A DNA stretch of 63,273 nucleotides, the filler included, from Olpidium bornovanus S191 (lineage: Eukaryota > Fungi > Olpidiomycota), in assembly GCA_017911155.1 (NCBI GenBank). It is 30 parts of 30 records of this genome, joined end to end, with 100 filler letters (N's around TTAATTAATTAA, not from the genome) between each part and the next. Parts side by side here need not be neighbours in the genome. Positions count along the whole stretch, not along the records: positions 57,240 to 58,569 come from JAEFCI010011573.1; positions 58,670 to 59,888 come from JAEFCI010005813.1; positions 59,989 to 61,976 come from JAEFCI010007806.1; positions 62,077 to 63,273 come from JAEFCI010005993.1; 26 more parts are not named here. The stretch is one strand, 5' to 3'. A program made the position numbers and the translations under genes. Each line of letters begins with the position of its first letter. The first letter of the stretch is position 1. Positions 57,257-63,273 of the stretch are shown piece after piece. Below the pieces are notes generated by a model. That model did not search any database. It was not told the origin of the DNA and was given only the letters and a program-made list of their open reading frames with translations.

Positions 57257-58169
57257 CTAGCACAGGCCATATTTCTCTGGTTCGGTGAGGAAGCGCCGTG
57301 CGGCTGCAGCAACGACCGCCCTTGGCGCCTGTGCAAAGCTAATTGGGACGGCTTTCATGACACGGTTGAACTCCTGAAACGGAAGACGGCCGGTTTGTTC
57401 ACACCACTGTACAGCTGGTACCGCCTCGCGGCCGTCAATGGAAGAAAAAGGGAAAATGGCAACCGTTCTTACTTTGATGTTCGCGGCTCCGGTTTCCAAA
57501 CAGGTCTTGAGAACGACGTCGTCGATTTCCTTTATAGTGAGCTGCGGAGGCAAGAACTCCCTAAGGACGACGATTTCGGCCTCCTCGTTAGCGGCCAGGT
57601 CCTCACGTGATCCAGCCCGAAACATGGCGATCGAATCGTCGCGCTTGCTTATGGACCGTTGGATGAAGCTGACGACATCCTCATCGCTGTTGAACTTCTT
57701 CGGAGGGACGCGACTTTTCTCGGCGTAGTTAATGTCGTTTAAGAGGCCCTTGAGAGCCGCAACGCGCGAACGGTCGCGCGCCTTCATGGACTTCTTGACG
57801 TCCTCCTTTATCCTGTCAAAGATGGTCGTCGTGGGCACTGTCGCGAAATCAGAAACATGCCCAACGCCAAAATGGCACGGAAAAACAAAGATAGCACGGG
57901 GAACCTCCGTCGGCTCGATAAGAGCAGCGGCAAAGGGTTGGAAAACCTGTGTTGTGACACCCTCCTTCCTCACCTACTTCGGCAACAGGCTCAGAAGGCG
58001 CCTCGACTGTCGGGGCCGGGTCCGCAGCAGGCCCTGACGAGTACGGGTGACTCAGCGAGGCCACCGCGCTGCGGATGCCAAAAGAGGCAAAGCGCGCCGC
58101 GCTTGCAGGCTTGAGGCCACAGCGCACGTTTTGCCATGCTGCAACTGCTGCCGCTGCGCGGAAGGCCAT
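57257..58169 (-). CDS. AIM41: Mitochondrial GatB/Yqey-domain protein
   Basis: Presequence exon MAFRAAAAVAAW, then IKEDVKKSMKARD..LKGLL..KRDDSIAMFRAGSREDLAANEEAEIVVLREFLPPQLT. Confidence 0.88.
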
Positions 58170-59439
58170 TGTTGAGGTGCGTAGTGGTCGTCGTTGGCGG
58201 GAATTTGGGGTTCTTCCTTATCGCGTTTCTCTTGTTTGTTTTTCGGCTTTTGGCTTTTTTTTTTTTTTTTTTTTTTTTTCGTTTTTACCGTTCCAAGAAA
58301 TAAAACATGGATCAAGGCGCGCTGGGACCAGGAGCACACGACGGCAACGGCGTCTGCTGTGCCCTCGCTCAGGCAGGATCCGTTCGTCTTATCGCCGGAT
58401 CCTCGTCGTTACTGGTCATTCGGCTCTGCCATAACTTGTATGGTTCCAGCGGCCTGCATCCCGCTTTCCCCTCCCCGTGTCCTACTCATTTTTTCAGGGC
58501 TTCACTGCCGGCATCAAAACAACCGTCAGTCCTGGGCGTTTACTTCCCGGAGCGCAGGTTTTGCGCATGNNNNNNNNNNNNNNNNNNNNNNNNNNNNNNN
58601 NNNNNNNNNNNNNTTAATTAATTAANNNNNNNNNNNNNNNNNNNNNNNNNNNNNNNNNNNNNNNNNNNNCCTCGTGCCAAGCCGAAGAGCTTTGTGGATC
58701 TTCTGGTGCTTGGAGCCGGTTCGACCTGGTGTGGACTATGATCAATGCGTATGCTAGCTAGATAACCGCCTGTGCGGTGAAGCAACCATGATGATTGCAG
58801 TGTGAATTCACTGTCTTCATATTCGGCTTGTCTTGCGCATTCCCGGCCATACGGTTATTTGACTCCCTGCCGAGGGGCGCGTCTCCATACGCAATGGACG
58901 CCGTGCACACCTTACCCTTTCGGCCGCGCGTGGCAAAACTCCGCGTTTTGGAATAGGGAGCGCCGGGCGGACCGAGGTATTGACCGCTCCCCGCCTCAAT
59001 CTGCGCAGACGGCGAAAAAGCTTTTTCTCTTTTTCCCGGCGCCGATGACTCTGTGCAATTGTGCCTCACCGAATGCGTCCACCTTTCCTAGGTCACTGGC
59101 CGGAGGAACCATGCGACGGGCTTCTTTGCACGTGCTAATCCACGTTCGAGAAAACCAGCTCTTTTTTTATTCTTTCCGCGGGACATTTCGTTTTTTCTTG
59201 CGCCAGATCGAAGGTGAAACTTTTGTTTTTCTCACCAGGAACGCGCGCCCCGGGGTGGGGGGTTGGGGGGGAAGGGGGGGAAGGGAGTGCGAGAGAGCAA
59301 GGGCCGGGGCCGTTGGCGAATGCCTAACGGTACAGACGGAGTGCGCGTCCCCCGGTCGATTTTCTTGCAATTCCGCGCGCGACGAAGCTGAAACGGGTTT
59401 CTGTTCGAGCGCTGTAATTTTGTACAACAATCTCTCGGT

Positions 59440-59471
<32 letters not shown>

Positions 59472-60266
59472 CCCCTAACACGCGCGGTCCGTCTCGAAAA
59501 CCGCCGCCGGCAGAAAAAAAAAACCCCACCCGAACGCAGCACACGCAGCAGTTTCCGGTTTCGTTTCTCCTTTGCGACGTCCCTCGCTTCGAGTCCGCCC
59601 TCCGGTTCTTACAGCGGTTCGGTCGAGGGCGTGGAGGGGGGGGAGGGGGGAGGAAGTTGAGAGCGCAAAAACCCTCGTTTCCAAACTGCTTGATGATTGG
59701 CCCGGAAGGCGTGTGGGGGACGGGGGGGGGGGGGGGGGGGGGTTCCGCGCAGGTCCGACATCAACCACCATGAAAATTGCGCTTCCCGAAAACCGGGCTT
59801 TTTCACAGGGCGCAGAACTCGAATTGCGAGGCAGACGGGGCCGGGCCGGCTTTCAATCGGAAGGCCGGGCCCCGAACGTGGCGCCGCCNNNNNNNNNNNN
59901 NNNNNNNNNNNNNNNNNNNNNNNNNNNNNNNNTTAATTAATTAANNNNNNNNNNNNNNNNNNNNNNNNNNNNNNNNNNNNNNNNNNNNCATGACCCAAAG
60001 GGCTCCGGCACAGACGTGAATGCCGCGGGGAGCTTTTAATTTTGACGTGGCGCCGACCCTGGGTTTCTGGCAGAGGAAAGAGGGGGGGGGCAGTCCGTGC
60101 CCTCTACTTCTTTACTGCGAAGCAGTTCGTTTGGACGCACGCTCCTGCCGTACGACGCGAGGGGTCGACTACTTGAAAAATCGGTCTTCGTCCCCGAACA
60201 ATACCGGGGTGAAAACCGACGGGAAAAAAAAAGGAAAAGGCATAACCCCCCCCCCTTTTATTTTAA

Positions 60267-60368
60267 GCCTAAACGTACTGCCGGGGAACGGCGCTATTTA
60301 ACCTGAAACCCCTGCAAAACCTGAACGCACTGCGTCAACGGCGCCGTTCCCCGGCAGTGCGTTTAGGC
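60267..60368. repeat. 28-bp inverted repeat with 46-nt spacer
   Basis: gcctaaacgtactgccggggaacggcgc (60267-60294) versus gcgccgttccccggcagtgcgtttaggc (60341-60368): 27/28 complementary. Confidence 0.95.
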
Positions 60369-60828
60369 CCTCTGATTGTGATCGTGCGTCCAGTCGATTA
60401 TACCCCTTCCGCGCGCTTTTCCTACCTCTAAAATTGCCTGTCCAACTTTTTCCTTCCTCTCCTCCTTGGCCGCAGGCCCTTCACCCCCAACGGGGCTCTC
60501 ACCGTCCACAAAGGAAAATATGTAACACAACACCCCGATCACAGATTACTCAATCGCCGGGCGACCTGGCCTCTGAAGCGGCGGCGGCGGTGGGTCGCGC
60601 ACAAATCTTTATATCCCTAACCTAAGCGTACGCATTATGGTTGGTGCAACCGCTCCAACGATCAGGGCCGATATCAACAACGACAAAAAAAGCGCATTTC
60701 CTAACCGCTATCACTATCAGCGACCTCGTGATAATATATCCCGTCTGACGAAAGAGAAGTGGAAAAAAAGTGAAAAGTAATTAGAAAGAGCAAACTAGGG
60801 CAACGAGACCAGCGAAAACGAATGCCCG

Positions 60829-61976
60829 TCAAATCGGCCAAAACCCACCTGAATCACTATCGGAGTTTTCCGGCGAATGATGGCTGTAAGAGTCTGCGTC
60901 GGGATAATCGTTCAAATAGTAGCCCTCCGCTGAAAGCGTAATACAAAGCGTTTAGGTACCCGATGAAAGCGTCACCACCAATCCCTGCGCGGATCACCGC
61001 CATGGAACTGTCCCGCTGTTGGAACAATCAATGGCGGGGTGAACTCACCGTTCGAGTCATCAGTACTGTCGCTGTCCTCCCCGTCGTCAAGGATCATCTT
61101 CCTCTCCTCGTCCCCCGAATCAAACCACGCCAAGGAACCGACGTTCCGAAACGCCAACGAGTCATCGTGGCAGGCGTCCCCTCGAGGGTGCTGGTAGTAA
61201 ATATCGTACACATACTCTGATTCGCTCAACATCGAGCCACGATCTGTCTGCTCGTTCACTGGTGAAAGGTGGACACGAAATCGGGTGCGGGATTGGTTGA
61301 ACTTGCAGTTGTGGGGCAGCTGGTTTTTTCATCGCGCGGAATCAACCCGCCCGCCACTTTTCGTACGCGACAAGTACTCCTTGACCATCGGAATAAAATT
61401 GCACATGATGTCGTCTTCATCGCGCGTCGATCTCGCTCGCATAGCGGATAAAAATCATAAATGTCAGCATGAAAGGATTGCGAAGAAATGGGAACAGGTA
61501 CTTCCAGCCCCAACTAAAGAACCGTGGGACCTCTAATCCCGCATACCCGTCGCCCTCGGGTACCGCATCGTACACATGCAGCAGGTCCTTCCACGTCAAG
61601 TCGGGATCATCTCTAAATGAGCGGCAACAGACGGCGTCAGCGTTTCCGGCGCAGCCTCCAGAGCGGCAAGGAATCGACGGGCACAAATGGCTCGCACCCT
61701 TCGGCCTGCACGGTCCCTCTGTTCCTGCTGACGGCCTGAAATCGAGCTGCTCGGGCCGCGTTCTTCGGCACCCGCAAATGTTCGAACCTGGTGATTAGCG
61801 GGAAAAAGATCGCGACCAACAAAAGTATTTCGCCAACGGGGTACTCGTTTCAAACACTGACCTTGTGCAGTTCGGCGAGAGCGTCTTTGCGCTCGGCCAG
61901 GGACAGCGAGCCTCTTGTTGTTTCGTTCGACCGCTGTGATTCTGCCCTCCGCGCGATTCTCGCCTGTTTAAACATG
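60829..61976 (-). CDS. IWR1: RNA polymerase II nuclear import factor Iwr1/SLC7A6OS, partial
   Basis: ESEYVYDIYY..DGEDSDSTDDSN|AEGYYLNDYPD gives the family's YVYDIY and DSN.E...NDYPD motifs. Confidence 0.85.
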
Positions 61977-62169
61977 NNNNNNNNNNNNNNNNNNNNNNNN
62001 NNNNNNNNNNNNNNNNNNNNTTAATTAATTAANNNNNNNNNNNNNNNNNNNNNNNNNNNNNNNNNNNNNNNNNNNNCCCCCCCACCTTTTTTTTTCTTTC
62101 TTTTTTTATGGGTGTTAATAATTATTTTATAATTTACCGCCAAAAAACCCCGCCAAAAAACCCCGCCAA

Positions 62170-62700
62170 AACGCCACAGAAGATACGTGTCGTAACGTGA
62201 CCGAAACCAGTGCTGCACATGCCTAAGGGCCGGCAAGAGCCGGCAAGCCTCACCCGAAATCTCCACCTCGGAAGCTGATCTCGCTAGAACTGCGCCGATA
62301 TCTCATCTCCCAGGTCATTTCCGTTTTTAAACAGCACCTAGCGCGCGACGTGAAAAGACTTGGCACAACAGGACCGCAAAGGTGCCATGCACGTCCTCTT
62401 CTCGTATGCCCCAACCTGACCTGACTGATGCACTGCATGCACATCAACTTCGTCATAGCGCTCGTTGCAACTCGGGCAAGCCAATGAAAATGGCGTAGAC
62501 GGCATTCTCAAACCTGGCAGACCGTCTTTCCATAGACCAAAAGAAGGTAATCGCAACCTGCTCCCGGCACCCACCAACTTCCTGTACAGCAGCCGTCAAC
62601 TTCGCACGCTCAGTGCGATGCACTCCTGGAAACCTAAGTACCTTGGTCAAATCCCACGCTGGAATGCAGGAGGAGGAATACCGGCGCAGCTCGGGACAAC
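62170..62700 (-). pseudogene. Unidentified decayed coding sequence
   Basis: One protein-like frame (..FFWSMERRSARFENAVYAIFIGLPELQRAL*RS*..GWGIREED..LLPALRHVQHWFRSRY) interrupted by four TGA and one TAA. Confidence 0.4.
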
Positions 62701-63125
62701 GGCGACAACGAATGCAGATGGCGATGGAATCATCGACTGACGAAACGGCCGACGGATGCGGTGCTCTCGAGGGACATTTGTCTCAACTCCCGCCCCCTCC
62801 GGCTGCCCGCCCCTTTTCGCCTTACATTTTCGTTTCCTCCAACGTTCAGAAAGCGTGTGGTTCCAGACACGGGGCGGTCCTGGATAGAGGCCTCCCTTTT
62901 TTTTTGCCCGCCGTCCCAATTCTGGGGTGCCCAGCAAGCGGCCCACTAGATCGGGGACCGCCTTTTCGTCACCATCGTGCTGGAGGGGTGTGCCATGACA
63001 GGCGGCAAACCGGAAAAAGTCTACGGCCGCGAAGCTCTTGCTTCCCGTGGAAGGGACAAAAGGAAGGGTCTGTTTTTGAGCTTCGCGGCGCCGTTTCTGG
63101 AGGGAAGGGAGGAAGTGGCGTTCTT

Positions 63126-63156
<31 letters not shown>

Positions 63157-63233
63157 CCCCCAAGGGGTTTTTTTTTTTTTTTTTCCCCCCCTCCTTTTCC
63201 CTTTTCGAACCACGGCAACGCGGACCGCCGCAT

Positions 63234-63273
63234 TCAACAGGCGAGGAGTCGAACCTCGGTCTGCCATGACGGA
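63234..63273 (-). tRNA. Possible 3' half of a tRNA cut by the window end
   Basis: CGAGG TTCGACT CCTCG is a perfect T-arm, followed by 7 nt plus A (CCTGTTG A). The 5' half is not visible. Confidence 0.3.

Overview
Not a contiguous locus. The window is 30 short (about 1-4.5 kb) contigs joined by 29 identical 100-nt artificial linkers (44 N + TTAATTAATTAA + 44 N), so neighbourhood across gaps carries no biological meaning. The content is eukaryotic, GC-rich and intron-dense, with homopolymer-rich introns. It combines fungal-type genes (PlsB-type acyltransferase, CTO1-like HAD, M28 aminopeptidase, Kel1-like, AIM41, IWR1) with ciliary genes (TSNAXIP1, IFT80, CFAP119/CABCOCO1-like, LRRC51), which points to a zoosporic early-diverging fungus (Olpidium-like; inference). 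About 25 mostly partial genes were recognised by manual splicing and motif recall. Also present: decayed Ty1/copia, gag-like and Tc1/mariner elements, two half-tRNA-iMet primer-binding sites and one complete tRNA-Arg(ACG). No CRISPR or prokaryotic operon was found. Best leads: (1) an intronless ORF whose FTY/SKH/AGE/DNxSGTY motifs suggest a toxin-like, possibly ADP-ribosyltransferase-like, enzyme domain; (2) a bacterial/organellar-style tRNA-Arg(ACG) with a Pol III terminator next to nuclear NFS1; (3) a repeat-stalk type I membrane protein apparently nested in IFT80; (4) a gag-like ORF with CCCH and CHHC fingers broken only by TAA/TAG stops; (5) a full-length CASTOR-type sensor. Strong CATG enrichment at contig ends indicates a restriction-based library and a real chimera risk. 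All family assignments come from recalled motifs, not database searches.
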